Positions 28,643-40,400 of a stretch of 64,000 bases of DNA are shown in pieces. Below the pieces are notes generated by a model, which made no database searches, was not told the DNA's origin, and saw only the letters and a list, made by a program, of their open reading frames with translations. A program made the position numbers and the translations under genes. The stretch lies in the IMG/VR virus record IMGVR_UViG_3300041411_000178, positions 1 through 64,000 of that record; one strand, 5' to 3'. Every line of letters starts with the position of its first letter. Position 1 is the stretch's first letter.

Positions 28643-29551
28643 TTAACCCAGGTAGTCGCCTGCCTCGGCCGCTACGGTTGCTTTCGCTGCCGTCATGCGT
28701 TCGATGGTACCTGCGTTGGCGAGGTTTTCCAGTACCGAAGTACGTTCCTGGAAGCCGGCCGGTGCAGTCACCGCGTCAGGGTTGAACAGTGGGAGCAGTT
28801 GCAGCATTTTGCGAGCGATCTGTTTCACCGCGAGGGTGTCCATTTCGATCACGCCGGTGAATTCCATCTCGATGGAGCGGATTTGGTTTTCGTCGGCTTT
28901 GTTGCGCTTGATCTCGATCGGAACGGTCGTGGTCGGCTGACCGGCAACCAGGATAGCGGCGTGAGCCACGTCCTTCATGTTGCGGGTTGGCTCGAAGTAG
29001 ATCGCCGAGTACGAGGTGTCGTCGAGCAGCATGTCGCCCGGATCATCCAGAATCACCATTTTGGCGTTCAGGATTTCAGGGTCCATGACACCCCAACGCG
29101 ACCAGGTCTTCAGCATGTGAGTGAAGACTTCACCTTCCACGTCGTAGGCCTTGTGCGTCACGCTACCCAGGGAGCGGGTAGCGCCGGTTGCCACGGACAT
29201 TTTGTGACCAGTCCACTCCATCGAACCGAAGTTGATTTCTGTGGAGTCACGGATACCGCTCCATTCCTGCGAACGGTTCTCGAAGAACGCCTTGCACAGG
29301 GAATGGAGTTTGGTGCCGCCCGGCAGACGGGAGAAGAATGCCGGAGTACTCAGGACAATACACCAGCCCTGTTGAGACACGTGCGGCTGAGCCGACATGT
29401 ACTCGAATACGTTACCGGCCCAACCGTACATGCCACCAGCGTCGCCATCGATGACGGGACGATTACCGAGGTCCAAGGCCTCGACAAACGGATCGCTCGA
29501 CGGCATCAACGTGGTGTCTGTACGGTGCGGGTAGTTAGTATCAGCAGCCAT
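28643..29551 (-). CDS. Tail tube protein (phiKZ gp30-like)
   Basis: 302 aa, directly downstream of the sheath, strong codon bias. Confidence 0.75.
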   Translation of the reverse strand: MAADTNYPHRTDTTLMPSSDPFVEALDLGNRPVIDGDAGGMYGWAGNVFEYMSAQPHVSQQGWCIVLSTPAFFSRLPGGTKLHSLCKAFFENRSQEWSGIRDSTEINFGSMEWTGHKMSVATGATRSLGSVTHKAYDVEGEVFTHMLKTWSRWGVMDPEILNAKMVILDDPGDMLLDDTSYSAIYFEPTRNMKDVAHAAILVAGQPTTTVPIEIKRNKADENQIRSIEMEFTGVIEMDTLAVKQIARKMLQLLPLFNPDAVTAPAGFQERTSVLENLANAGTIERMTAAKATVAAEAGDYLG

Positions 29552-29564
29552 AACTACTTACTCC

Positions 29565-31739
29565 TTACGAGTTGGTGGCCAGATCTTCTTCGTTGTAGGC
29601 AAAGAGATCCAGGTTCATCATGTACTTACCCTTGTTGAAGTAAGCATGGGCGATGGTGTTCATCACAGCACGACCACCCGGTTGGGTCTCGTCGTAGCTT
29701 GGTACGAACGTGATGGACTTGCACAGGCCACCGAGGTTGTCGCGGCACTTGCGTTCCGCGCCGTCTTTGAAGTTGGCCACGTAGTCGGAAGCCGACAGCG
29801 AGGTGTCACCGCAGACGTTGTTCCACTCGTCTTGTGCGATCTTCTCGATGCACACGCAGAGGAAGTTGGTGACCAGGTCCTTCAGCACGGAATCCGCGTT
29901 CGGGTACAGGGTAACCAGCGATGGGCGGAACAGGGTTTCGACGTTGCGCGGACGCAGCGTGATACCGCCGTTGGTGAAGTTGTCGCCCGCCACGAAGTCT
30001 TCCTCGAACTCGATGTTCGGGGAGTGCATGATGCGCAGGTTGCGGTTGTCCTTGCTGTCAGGCGAGAACGCTGCACGGATCACACCAGCGCTGTTACCAG
30101 CGAAGAGTGCAAACGCGTAAGCCAGGTCGAGGTTACCCGACATTGCTTCGCCGGACTTCTCGTCGATCATGTAAGCTTCGATGAGGTTGACCGCCGAACG
30201 GCAGGTTGGGGTACCCCAGTACTGGGATTCCGGGAACAGCTTGGCTTGAGCGGACAGCGCAGTGAAACGCGAGTACACTTCGGCCAGAGTGTTCGTCTTG
30301 CCTGGGGTGAAGACCGTGGCATCAGGAATAACGATGATGTCCTTACGGCTGGCAAGCAACTGCACCGAGAGGTCTTTGACTTCTTGAGAGAAGCCGACGT
30401 CCCAGTAGAACGACTGACGGTTCTTGGTGTAGTTCTTGGTTTCGGTACCGGCCAGGTACTCGGTCATGTCCAGCGCCATCAGCTTGTTGTTGATTTCCCA
30501 AGCTTGAACGTTGGTGATCGGGAACTTGGCGTTGGCCAACACGTTGAACGGGTCATCCAGCTCAGGCTGTGTAGCGTAAGCCGGCAGTTTGCCGTCAGCG
30601 TCCAGGAACGGCGAAACGCCACCCTTGGCTTTAACCGAACCGGTCATGTCCCAGGTCACAGCACCAGCGCTAACGAGCGCGTAGTACGGAGCACCGGTGT
30701 GGTTCACGCAGGTGAACGGGTTCATCTGCTGGTACGGGAACTGGCTCGTGTCGAGCATGTTCGGGTTGTTCGGCTCTTCAACCGCGTACATCGCCTGGCA
30801 GAGCGAAGCGATATGGTCTTCGTAAACGTAGACCGAGTTGAACGGCTGTTGAACAGGCACAACCTTGCGGTTGACGTTCGTGCCGGTGAACTGACCGAAG
30901 CCGTCTTTGATGCTGAACCGCACACCATTGATTTCGGTTTTGAAGAGGGTATACGAAACGGTTTCCAGACGTTTTGGCGTCTTGGAGAAACTGCGTGCGC
31001 CGGTTTCGGTTTCGGTGAACATCTTCAGATCGAACGGGAACACACCCGTTGCAGTCACGAATTCCGAAACAGCACGCCAGTTAACAGCGTTGTCCGAAAC
31101 ACCGGTCACCAGGCCACCGCGGTTGTACAGGTCGCCCACACCGGCCACTGCTTCGAAAAGCGGGTAGACGATGGTGTCAGGCACGGCAGGAACTTCACCG
31201 TTGGCCGGGGTACCAGTGATGGTGCGACGGGTCAGTGCGCCAACTGCAACGCCTTTCTTCGCTTCAGGATCAGGCTTGATCTCGATGCTCAGTGCAGTGG
31301 TGAACGTTTCGCCGGTTGGAATCTTTTTGCCGTCGGCGTCACGCTTGAACTTACCAGCCAGGTCACGCTCGTAGTCTGGCAGTTCTACCAGTTGAACGAA
31401 CGCAGAGATTGCCACACGGGCAACTTCTTTGTTAGCCGATACACGACGAACACCGATCGACGCTTGTTGGCCCTGAGACAGCGCAGCAATCAGCGCAGCG
31501 TTCGGGTTGTAGTACGGAGTGGTGTGGTCCAGCACGTTACCGAACTTCTTGGTGAAGTCGGACGTGGCGATCCACTGGGTACCCTTGTCGTCCGCCAGAT
31601 CACCCACAGGGGTCACCATGGTAATGACCGGAAGATGCAGCGGATACGTCGGGTTAGAGATGGTGTAATCGGGGATCGACTTGTCGTTGATACCACGATT
31701 ATTCACTTTCCCCGGAATGATGCTGTTAAGAACAGTCAT
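29565..31739 (-). CDS. Tail sheath protein (phiKZ gp29-like)
   Basis: 724 aa; PLHLP near the N-terminus, YWDVGFS, PESQYWGTPTCR; synteny with the terminase block. Confidence 0.85.
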   Translation of the reverse strand: MTVLNSIIPGKVNNRGINDKSIPDYTISNPTYPLHLPVITMVTPVGDLADDKGTQWIATSDFTKKFGNVLDHTTPYYNPNAALIAALSQGQQASIGVRRVSANKEVARVAISAFVQLVELPDYERDLAGKFKRDADGKKIPTGETFTTALSIEIKPDPEAKKGVAVGALTRRTITGTPANGEVPAVPDTIVYPLFEAVAGVGDLYNRGGLVTGVSDNAVNWRAVSEFVTATGVFPFDLKMFTETETGARSFSKTPKRLETVSYTLFKTEINGVRFSIKDGFGQFTGTNVNRKVVPVQQPFNSVYVYEDHIASLCQAMYAVEEPNNPNMLDTSQFPYQQMNPFTCVNHTGAPYYALVSAGAVTWDMTGSVKAKGGVSPFLDADGKLPAYATQPELDDPFNVLANAKFPITNVQAWEINNKLMALDMTEYLAGTETKNYTKNRQSFYWDVGFSQEVKDLSVQLLASRKDIIVIPDATVFTPGKTNTLAEVYSRFTALSAQAKLFPESQYWGTPTCRSAVNLIEAYMIDEKSGEAMSGNLDLAYAFALFAGNSAGVIRAAFSPDSKDNRNLRIMHSPNIEFEEDFVAGDNFTNGGITLRPRNVETLFRPSLVTLYPNADSVLKDLVTNFLCVCIEKIAQDEWNNVCGDTSLSASDYVANFKDGAERKCRDNLGGLCKSITFVPSYDETQPGGRAVMNTIAHAYFNKGKYMMNLDLFAYNEEDLATNS

Positions 31740-31857
31740 GGAGAACCTCGTTGATGTCCTGTTTGTGGGTCCTAAAACAATCGTATGCTAGCCATTTCTG
31801 GGCCGTACAGTGTGTTATACCACTGGCACATAACATGTTATTTTTAGAGGTAACCTC

Positions 31858-32736
31858 ATGCTGATCAACGCCTATGACACTACGGTCGGGAAACCCTTCA
31901 AGGCTACTGACAAGGTCGAGAGCACTATTAAGACCCTTCATGTGACTCGTAACCTGACCCCCACAAAGAAACCTGGGGTGTTCGTGGTGACCCATGAAAC
32001 GGATCTTCCAATCCCTATTTTCGCCTTTCCAATCACCATGGAAGGGTTCAATCGTCAACTGATTACCGTCTACGACGAGCGTCCGTTCCGCAACAAAAGC
32101 AATGCCATCGTTAACCAAAACGAAATCACCATCATGCGTCTGGCGGCGTTCATGCAACACGACGTAGCCGAAGGTGATGTGGTTCCGTTGAAGAACTGCC
32201 GACTGATGGCGACCAAAGCGTTCTCGGAAGCATTCGGTGCTCGCTTGATTCGTCGGGCTGGTCTCGATGTCAACGCCGGCCTTACCCTCAAGGTGCTGCT
32301 GTCGTTCTACATGGTCTCGATTCAGGAAGACCTGGGCACCGGCTTGGACATGTTGGCGCTCAATGTGATCCGCTCGATTTACGGCACCGAGAAAGGTTAC
32401 ATCATGGGTGTGATCGAAGGGCTGTCCCGGATGACCACGCTGGAGCAATTGTTCCAGGCCATTCACGATAACCCTGTTCTGTACCAACTGAAAGGCGTGG
32501 AGTTCAAAGACTTCATGGCACTGTTGGGTGGTATCAGTTTCGTGGCATTGGGTAGCAAGGTGATCATTGCCTCGGCTGAAGCCCCTTGCCTGTTCACCGC
32601 ACTGGTCTACGGTGCAGCGCGTTACAAACTGTACGCTAAGACCCCGTTGGGTATGGCGTTGGATCCTAAATACAACAAGGGTGTACTGGAATCGTTTACT
32701 AAACACATCGATTACACCTACGACCTCAACGGGTAA
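31858..32736 (+). CDS. Virion structural protein (phiKZ gp28-like)
   Basis: 292 aa, divergent from the sheath, conserved synteny. Confidence 0.65.
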   Translation: MLINAYDTTVGKPFKATDKVESTIKTLHVTRNLTPTKKPGVFVVTHETDLPIPIFAFPITMEGFNRQLITVYDERPFRNKSNAIVNQNEITIMRLAAFMQHDVAEGDVVPLKNCRLMATKAFSEAFGARLIRRAGLDVNAGLTLKVLLSFYMVSIQEDLGTGLDMLALNVIRSIYGTEKGYIMGVIEGLSRMTTLEQLFQAIHDNPVLYQLKGVEFKDFMALLGGISFVALGSKVIIASAEAPCLFTALVYGAARYKLYAKTPLGMALDPKYNKGVLESFTKHIDYTYDLNG

Positions 32737-32741
32737 ACATC

Positions 32742-35411
32742 ATGGGTATTCGTGGACCGGAAGACAATACGCCGCTGGTTCGATACACGGACGATCATCT
32801 CTGGTCTAATCCGGAAGAGAACCAGCAGTACCAGGTAAAGCTCAATCGCATTACCGAGGAATACGGTTACAGTTCCAATTTCAGCTACATGAACAAGTGG
32901 CGAACCCTGCCCAAGAAGAACACGTTCTTCCATGTGTTCTCGGCGGGTGGTCTTCACCCTGGGTTCTGGAACTTCAAGAACAACACCCTGCGACGCAATC
33001 CGTTGGATCGTTGGGTGAACATCGGCTTGCTGTGTAAAGCGCGTGGTCTGAAAGTTGATGTCTATTCGACCAAAGGCTATTCGCAGAGCCGCAGTCACTG
33101 CTGGTTGATGGTGACGTACGACGGTCTGGTGTTGATCGCTATTCAGAAGCTGGGTAAGACCCCGGTGGTTGATGGTGATGCCATGCGCTTCCGCTGCTAC
33201 ACGCCTTCGGTGTTGGTGGATAAGAGCCGTTTGGTGGTTAACGAAACGGGTAACCCGTACATCTTCGAAACCTGTGTGTACGAGAACCCGGGTGAGTACG
33301 GTACCTTCCTGGCTCGCTATAACGCGGTTAAGGCTCGTCCTGGTTATACCGGGTTGATCCATAACGGTGTGGAGATCTACGGAACGCCGGCAGATATCAA
33401 TCCGATTGCGCCAGGCGATGTGATCGAGTTCTGGCACGATCCAACGGTACTACGTGCTGATCGATACGCGTACACCACGTTGCTGTCGTTCCATTCTGAT
33501 CTGGACCAGAAAAAGAAACTCATTCTGCATCCGCCCAAGATCAAGGGTGACTTCACCATCCGTTACTTCGACGACAACGATTACTTCCTGTTGGGGGCTA
33601 AACGTCGTGGTCTCTATCTCCATCGCAATGATGAGAAGACCATTCGTCAACTGACGCATGTCGATGTGGCTGTGGCAGACGATGTGGTTAACGCCATGAC
33701 TGAATACCACCCAGACCTGAGCGATCCAATGGACTGCCAGATCCTGGTACTGGTTCGCAAGACCGCGTGGGTATTTCAGTGGCCTCATGAACACCAGCGT
33801 ATCCGTTACCTGTATCGGATGCCGGACATCGACATCATGCGTGCCATGGTAGATGCTCGAGCCAACATGCCGGAATGGACTGCCAAGGAATTGGAACAAG
33901 GTCCTGTCTTGCAGTTGCTGCGCAAGCAGTGGAAGAACGTCAAGCGTGATGACGCGATCCTGTCGGTAGGCTACAACGCCGCCACGCGCGTTCTGAGCGA
34001 GACGCCGGTGCGAGCCACCTACTTGCTAGGCAGTCGTGGTGTGGACGTTCCTGTGACCTACCAGGAGGGTTTCACGGCCTGGGAACATGACGCCAACGGC
34101 CAGCTGTTGGAATGGCGGAACATGACGGGTGTGTTGTACTACTCTCCGAACAATCCTGCCTGTGCCATGGTTGAGTTCACCATGGGGTCTACCGGTCGTG
34201 TGTTGGATACGTTGATCACCAACCAGGACGTTGATGTTTCCAAGGATTGGGATTATCAGGTCTACGTGTCTTCGTGGAACATCAACCTTGGTGAGCTGGT
34301 GGGTCCGTGGACTAACGTGACGGGTGATCCTGCCATGTACATCATCAAAGATGGTGTGCTGATTTGGAAAGGCCTGGACCGTGTCAACAAGCGCGGTATC
34401 CTGATCACCAACAAGAAGATCCTGGGTTACCAGTTCCAACTGGACCACATGGATCACAGCTTGGCGTTTGCCATCACGGACGTTTACGAAGATGGCGGGC
34501 AACTGGTTGATCTGACGTTTGCACAGATCGACATCTGGCTGAACAAACATCCGTTGGTCGACAAAGTTGACTGGATCTACAAGGACGGGTATTGCTACAT
34601 CATCAACAAGGAGTTTTTAGTTGATGGGCCTCAAGACATTGTTGTCCGCGCTATGGGTCTCGATAAAACTGTGGTGCTGCCGAACGCTGACACAGAACTG
34701 GGATTTGTGGATGGTGGGGTTATCGGTCGCGTTGATCGTTATAATCTGCGCGGCGATCGAGTTACTCGTACGGTTATTAATGGAGCCCTTTACCTGACCG
34801 ATGAAGTTCCACGGGCAGAGCGAGAAGTTCCAGACGACATCGGTAACCCTCTGAACGGCAAGCCGTACATGGTTAAGCACCACTGGTGTCCGATTCGTTT
34901 CGTCGATGACTACGACCTGTTGCCTTATCGTCAGCGCAGTCGTGAGACGGATCAACGGGTAAGTGATTACCTCACCAAGTACTTGCCGAAGCCTCGAACC
35001 AATGACGAAGAGATTGACTGGGAGAATGGGGATCCTCATCGTCCAGACGGCAGTGGTACGGCGGTGATTCCAAACCTGCAAGACAAGTACCGTCTGTTCA
35101 GCCCGTTCTTGAACGTGGTTGTGAACGGCGTACTGAACGGCCTGATCCACCTGCCGAACAAGGATAGCGGGGATACCTACTACAGCGACCAGGATATCAA
35201 GGATACGCTCAAGGCGTATATCTGGTGGTTGAAGTACGACCCTGTGCCCCTCAAGTTTGACCGTCGTTATTTTGCTATTACCCCGTTTGCCAACTTCGGT
35301 AAACTTACCGTATCGGATAAACAACTCATCTTCTTCAAACAGGTCAACGATCTCTACCTGGAGTCGGTCTGCGTGATTGAAGGCTATTTTGAGGTGAACA
35401 ACAATGTTTGA
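32742..35411 (+). CDS. Virion structural/baseplate protein (phiKZ gp27-like)
   Basis: 889 aa, synteny. Confidence 0.65.
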   Translation: MGIRGPEDNTPLVRYTDDHLWSNPEENQQYQVKLNRITEEYGYSSNFSYMNKWRTLPKKNTFFHVFSAGGLHPGFWNFKNNTLRRNPLDRWVNIGLLCKARGLKVDVYSTKGYSQSRSHCWLMVTYDGLVLIAIQKLGKTPVVDGDAMRFRCYTPSVLVDKSRLVVNETGNPYIFETCVYENPGEYGTFLARYNAVKARPGYTGLIHNGVEIYGTPADINPIAPGDVIEFWHDPTVLRADRYAYTTLLSFHSDLDQKKKLILHPPKIKGDFTIRYFDDNDYFLLGAKRRGLYLHRNDEKTIRQLTHVDVAVADDVVNAMTEYHPDLSDPMDCQILVLVRKTAWVFQWPHEHQRIRYLYRMPDIDIMRAMVDARANMPEWTAKELEQGPVLQLLRKQWKNVKRDDAILSVGYNAATRVLSETPVRATYLLGSRGVDVPVTYQEGFTAWEHDANGQLLEWRNMTGVLYYSPNNPACAMVEFTMGSTGRVLDTLITNQDVDVSKDWDYQVYVSSWNINLGELVGPWTNVTGDPAMYIIKDGVLIWKGLDRVNKRGILITNKKILGYQFQLDHMDHSLAFAITDVYEDGGQLVDLTFAQIDIWLNKHPLVDKVDWIYKDGYCYIINKEFLVDGPQDIVVRAMGLDKTVVLPNADTELGFVDGGVIGRVDRYNLRGDRVTRTVINGALYLTDEVPRAEREVPDDIGNPLNGKPYMVKHHWCPIRFVDDYDLLPYRQRSRETDQRVSDYLTKYLPKPRTNDEEIDWENGDPHRPDGSGTAVIPNLQDKYRLFSPFLNVVVNGVLNGLIHLPNKDSGDTYYSDQDIKDTLKAYIWWLKYDPVPLKFDRRYFAITPFANFGKLTVSDKQLIFFKQVNDLYLESVCVIEGYFEVNNNV

Positions 35412-37122
35412 CCAGACGCCGTTGTCTAATGCGATTGCTGCTGTTGCGGGGACGAACATCAGTCCCCTCAATACCGGTGAACGCAAGAACTTGCACTACC
35501 TCTGGAACATCTACGATCCAGACATCCATCCACCAAGTGACCTGAAGAAGTACGTGGTTCCGCAAGAAGGGGAATTGGTGTTCGATCCTCCTAACGGCAT
35601 GATCTACCTCGTGGCTAAGGTGGATTGGCAGGCTACCCTGAAATCGACACTGGTGCCTTGGCGCTTGCAGAACGTCGACGAGGGTAACACCACCGATCAG
35701 GATTACATCTACGGTCTCCGTGGTGGTCCGATGGCCGGTGAAGCCCTGCTGTCGATCGACTACTCGGTTCGTCCGAACGTAGCCCGTGTCGATGCTACCA
35801 TCATGCGTCCAGGCGCCACCCACGCCTTCGTGTACCTGGGCAGTTCGGCTGTTGAGAGCAACATCATCTCAGCTCAGTACGACCAGTCGATGAACATGGT
35901 CAGCAAGACTGTTCCGGTCAAGTTGGCATTGATCAACGAGTACACGAACAAGAACATCATGACCACCGGTCCGTTCAGCGTTACCAAGAACGAGCTGGCA
36001 CTGCCTGATGGCACTCGTGCGTGGCTGGTGTTCTTCGAGGGTGAGAACTTCATCCCGCCTGCTCAACCGTTGATGGTTCAGCATTCGTCGTACATGAAGG
36101 ACCACAACGTTGGCGTCAAGTTCGTTACCGGTGTCGAGTTGCTGTCGCCATGGTTCACCCATGTCAGCGATCGCGATCGTCTGATCATTCCGGTCAACGT
36201 TCAATTGGCGGCTGTTGAGCTGCGTGCGGTTACACATTACTCGGATGGTTCGACGTCTGACCCTGAAGCGGTTAACGGCGGTGAATACAGCCTGTACGGT
36301 GTTAACGAGTACCGTCCTAAGTTCCCTGGTCAAACCGCTGATGTGGTATTGGTCAAGAAACTGGGTGCCAACGAGAAACACTACATCGCCCAGCCAGGTA
36401 ACCCTGACTTCGTTCGTCACTCGTATACCTTCGAGGCCGGTGCAGCCAAGGGTGCTTACAGCCCACGGATCTTCACCTACCCTCAGTGGGATGCGAGTCT
36501 CAACGGTTACCGCTTGCAGCACTTCCTGTACGACTTGGATCGCAAGACGTTCACCGAAGTTACCGACGTTGTTACTTACAACGACAAGAGCCCGGTCTAC
36601 AAGCCATCGGCCTACGGTCTGTCGCAGGCACTCATCTTCAACATCAACCTCAAGGACGTCGCTCAGACGTACGAAAGTGTGCCGTTCATTCAGCACAACG
36701 AGATTGTGTTGCTGAAGGATGTCAACGGTCCAGGTAAACGCTGGAGTGTGAACTACAGCTTCGGCAAACCTGCTTATACCGCGTTGAATGTTGTGGCGAA
36801 GAACAACGGGGCCAACACCACGTTCAGTGTCGTCAACGGTCAGGATGCGATGGATGAGTGGCTGGACGTGATGTACTGGTCCGTGTACCCAAGCTACGAC
36901 ATCTTCAACGAAGACGAGGCACCTACCCCGACGCACTTCGATCTGATGCATGAAGACGGCCGTAAGTGGCGCTTCCCGGTTGAGGCCTGGAATGACGACA
37001 ATGCGATCACCGTGGCCATGCAGAAGGGCAAGACCTGGTACCTCAACTGGATCAACAAGTCGGTATCGGGCGTCGAGCTGCAACTGGGTATGACCGGTGT
37101 AACGGTAGAGTTGGCACCTTAA
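35404..37122 (+). CDS. Virion structural protein (phiKZ gp26-like)
   Basis: 572 aa, beta-rich, HYSDG Ig-like motif, synteny. Confidence 0.65.
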   Translation: MFDQTPLSNAIAAVAGTNISPLNTGERKNLHYLWNIYDPDIHPPSDLKKYVVPQEGELVFDPPNGMIYLVAKVDWQATLKSTLVPWRLQNVDEGNTTDQDYIYGLRGGPMAGEALLSIDYSVRPNVARVDATIMRPGATHAFVYLGSSAVESNIISAQYDQSMNMVSKTVPVKLALINEYTNKNIMTTGPFSVTKNELALPDGTRAWLVFFEGENFIPPAQPLMVQHSSYMKDHNVGVKFVTGVELLSPWFTHVSDRDRLIIPVNVQLAAVELRAVTHYSDGSTSDPEAVNGGEYSLYGVNEYRPKFPGQTADVVLVKKLGANEKHYIAQPGNPDFVRHSYTFEAGAAKGAYSPRIFTYPQWDASLNGYRLQHFLYDLDRKTFTEVTDVVTYNDKSPVYKPSAYGLSQALIFNINLKDVAQTYESVPFIQHNEIVLLKDVNGPGKRWSVNYSFGKPAYTALNVVAKNNGANTTFSVVNGQDAMDEWLDVMYWSVYPSYDIFNEDEAPTPTHFDLMHEDGRKWRFPVEAWNDDNAITVAMQKGKTWYLNWINKSVSGVELQLGMTGVTVELAP

Positions 37123-37155
37123 TGTTATACGTGTAATCCATCATTGGAGAAATGT

Positions 37156-37380
37156 ATGACGTCGCAAGTTAAAGTGGATGCCCACTGTGTTGATACCAAG
37201 GAAGTCGTTGTTCGCGTGTTCAACGTGAAGACCGATCAACTGATCGAAGAGTTCGCGCTGCAAAACGGTGAAAGCCGTGAAGTGCTGATTTACGATGACC
37301 GTGCGGTCGCGACCTACGAGCGTCTGAAAGACGAAACCGTGGATCCGGAAGTCGGTGTACCGGCAGCAATCCTGAAGTAA
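37156..37380 (+). CDS. Small acidic hypothetical protein
   Basis: GGAGA SD, biased codons, followed by a terminator. Confidence 0.7.
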   Translation: MTSQVKVDAHCVDTKEVVVRVFNVKTDQLIEEFALQNGESREVLIYDDRAVATYERLKDETVDPEVGVPAAILK

Positions 37381-37393
37381 GCAACTCGCTCCA

Positions 37394-37432
37394 ACAGGCC
37401 TGGGGTTAACGCCCTGGGCCTGCTTTATTTTC
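37394..37432 (+). terminator. Intrinsic terminator
   Basis: CAGGCCTGGGG...CCCTGGGCCTG plus T-run. Confidence 0.75.
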
Positions 37433-37476
37433 AATGTGTTATGTTTATTTTTTGATATGTTCAATGGGGGTCTATC

Positions 37477-40400
37477 ATGGACACAACTGAATCTGACAAT
37501 ACATCAGCCGAAGCACGGCTAAAGTTTGCAAAAGAGTTAGTGGAGTATTTGGGTGCTCAGAATCTGCCACCTGAGCTGATCGACGATCGCAAGAACCGGG
37601 TGGATTGGGAAAAGCGTACCGAAGACGAATTGGTCATGGCTCACTTCAATGAAGACAGCCTGAGCAAGATCAAGACCGTTCGTTTCCTTAAGGACTTTCC
37701 TCGTTACCAGGCGGCCGCTGACCGCACTACCAAGAACACCAGCTTTATCCGGACGGCAGAGATCTTCCGGCAGCAGGGGATCAAGAACTACTTCTTCCTG
37801 CTGCAACTGAACAACCCGGCTTTGATCGGGGTGGACCCGTACGACGAGAACTTGACCAACGAACAGAAGGTCATGGTCATGCACGAATGTGAGACCAACT
37901 TCTGGTATTTCCTTCGTGAGGTTTGTAAGCTGCGCGCTGATCGTCAGTTCTTGGCTAACCGGGGTAACATCAGTTTCATCTGGAACTACCTGAACCACAT
38001 CACCCAGTACATGATCATGCCTCGTCAACAAGGCAAGTACCAGGACGATAACGATAAGGTTCGTAAAGCAGACGGGACCTGGGTGCGTATCGGTGATCTG
38101 CAAGCGGGTGATCAAGTCATCGACCGTTACGGTAAAGAGTCCACGGTAATTGGTATCCATGCTCAAGGCATTAAGCGCTTGTACCGGGTTCACACCAGTG
38201 ACGGTCGTTATGTCAGCGCAGGACCTGAGCACCTCTGGACATTGGCAGATCATAGCCGTACTGTAAATGACGATCCAGTCTGGGACGATTACACTACCGC
38301 AGAAATGATCACCAAGCTCAAGGATGATGTAAAGCTCGAACTCCCGTTGATCGAAGCGGAGAAGGGCGTCAAGCAGAACCTGGCAATTGACCCTTATGTG
38401 ATGGGCACACTTATTGGGGGTCAACGCATTGGTGGTTTCATCCTCATTAAGAAAGTCTCTGAGTCTGCCGATGCCTGGATTGAAGAGAACCTGCCTGAAA
38501 GCCTGGAGCTGGTGAAGAAGGGCAATCGTCGCGAGATCCATTCAACCGACGAGAATGTCAAGATCAGCTTCGATCCGGACATGGGTCTGCCGGCTAACTA
38601 CCTGGAAGGGGCTCTGGAAGATCGTCTGGCCGCGCTGCAAGCGTTTCTCGACCAAGGAGCAATCGGTGAGGAGGGTGTGGTCTACAACACCACCAGCAGG
38701 CTTGTAGGCGGTCACGTTCAGTACCTGGCCCGTAGCTTGGGCGGTACGGCTTCCAAAGCGGGTAGCAAGATTACAGTTACACTGCCGCATTCGATGGCAC
38801 TGTTCAAGTACAAGCATGTTGAGGAAGAGTTCGTTTTCCCTAACCGTTTGTTTGTAGAGCGCATCGAGTATCATGGTGAAGCACCGTGCACCTGCATTGA
38901 GGTGGATAACGAAGATCACCTTTATGTCACCGACGACTTCCTGGTCACGCACAACACGGTCTCCGTGCAAGTGATTGCGTTCTGGTTGACGTACATCATG
39001 GGGCGTGGCTACAAGTCTCACCTGGTAACCCTGAAGTCGGATAACCGTGCTCAGTTCATTGACGCGATCAAGAAGATCCGGACATGTCTGCCGAAGTACC
39101 TGGTTAACCCAACCTGGAAGGACAAGGACGCGGGTAACTACCTGACGTATAAAGCGTTTGGGGAGGAGCACGTTAACACCCTAACCATCTCAGTACCCCA
39201 GATGGGTGAAGACGCCGCAGGCGACCTTGGACGGGGTCTCACGGTAGGTACCACGAACTACGACGAGCCAGGTTACATCAACTGGATCGAGGCGATCATC
39301 AACGGATGCTCTCCTTCTGCTTTGACAGAGATGGAGATTTGTCGTGACAGCGGTATTCCTTACGGGATCAGTTACATCACGACACCGAACACGACCCTGC
39401 ACCCAAGTGGCGCATTCATGTTTGAGAAACTGATGACGTCGACGGAGTGGCGTGAGAAGTTCTTCGACTCGTACAGCGAGAGTCACCTGAAGATGCGCTT
39501 GTTGAAGGCGTCTCCTCGTAAGACCACCTCGCCGTCTGTGGCCCTTGTGTATAACTACCTGCAACTGGGTAAAGACAAGGCCTGGGTACGCGAGACGATC
39601 GACAGCCTGAACCTCAGCCTTGCTAAGGCCAAGATCGACTTGCTCCTCATGTGGGTTGAAGACGGTGAGAACCGTGTGTTCGATGACATCACTCGTGAAG
39701 CGATTAACAACGTGAAGCGGGATAAGGTCTGGAGTAAGGAGTATCGTGACAGTGGTCTGTTTATCGACTTCTTTGTCACGCAGCAAGAACTGCTGGAGAT
39801 GGCGAAGAAGAGTTATAATGACTTCTTCCTCATTGGGGTGGATACCTCGTCGGCTATCAACAAGGATGCTTGTACGCTGATTATCCGCAGTATGAAGACT
39901 GGTAAGGTCATTGGGGTGGGTCGTTATCAGTTGGCATTCTTGGACGACGTGACGGGCATTATCGTCGACATGTTGGCCACTTTGGAAAACAGCCTGCTGG
40001 TGATTGAGCGTAACTATGCTCACCACATGATCGACAACCTGCTGGTTATGCTGCCGGCCAAGGGGATGGACCCATTCACTCGCATCTACAACACGGTCTT
40101 CCAAGATCCTGTTAACCATGCGAAGGAATACGAGGCAGTGCAGCACACCAAGTTTGCCCACCGCAGTAAGAGTTTCTACCTGAAGTACAAGCAGTTCTTC
40201 GGGTTCATCACGACCTCTACTTCACGTCAAGTGTTGTATGGCCTGATTCAGGAAGCTGTGGGTAACACAGGGTATGGCCTGCACTATGATCGGCTTGCTG
40301 ATGAGTTGATCAACCTCAAGACCCGAGGCGACCGGATTGACCACGATAGCAAACAGCACGATGACTTGGTTATCGCCTGGCTGCTGACGTACTGGTTCAT

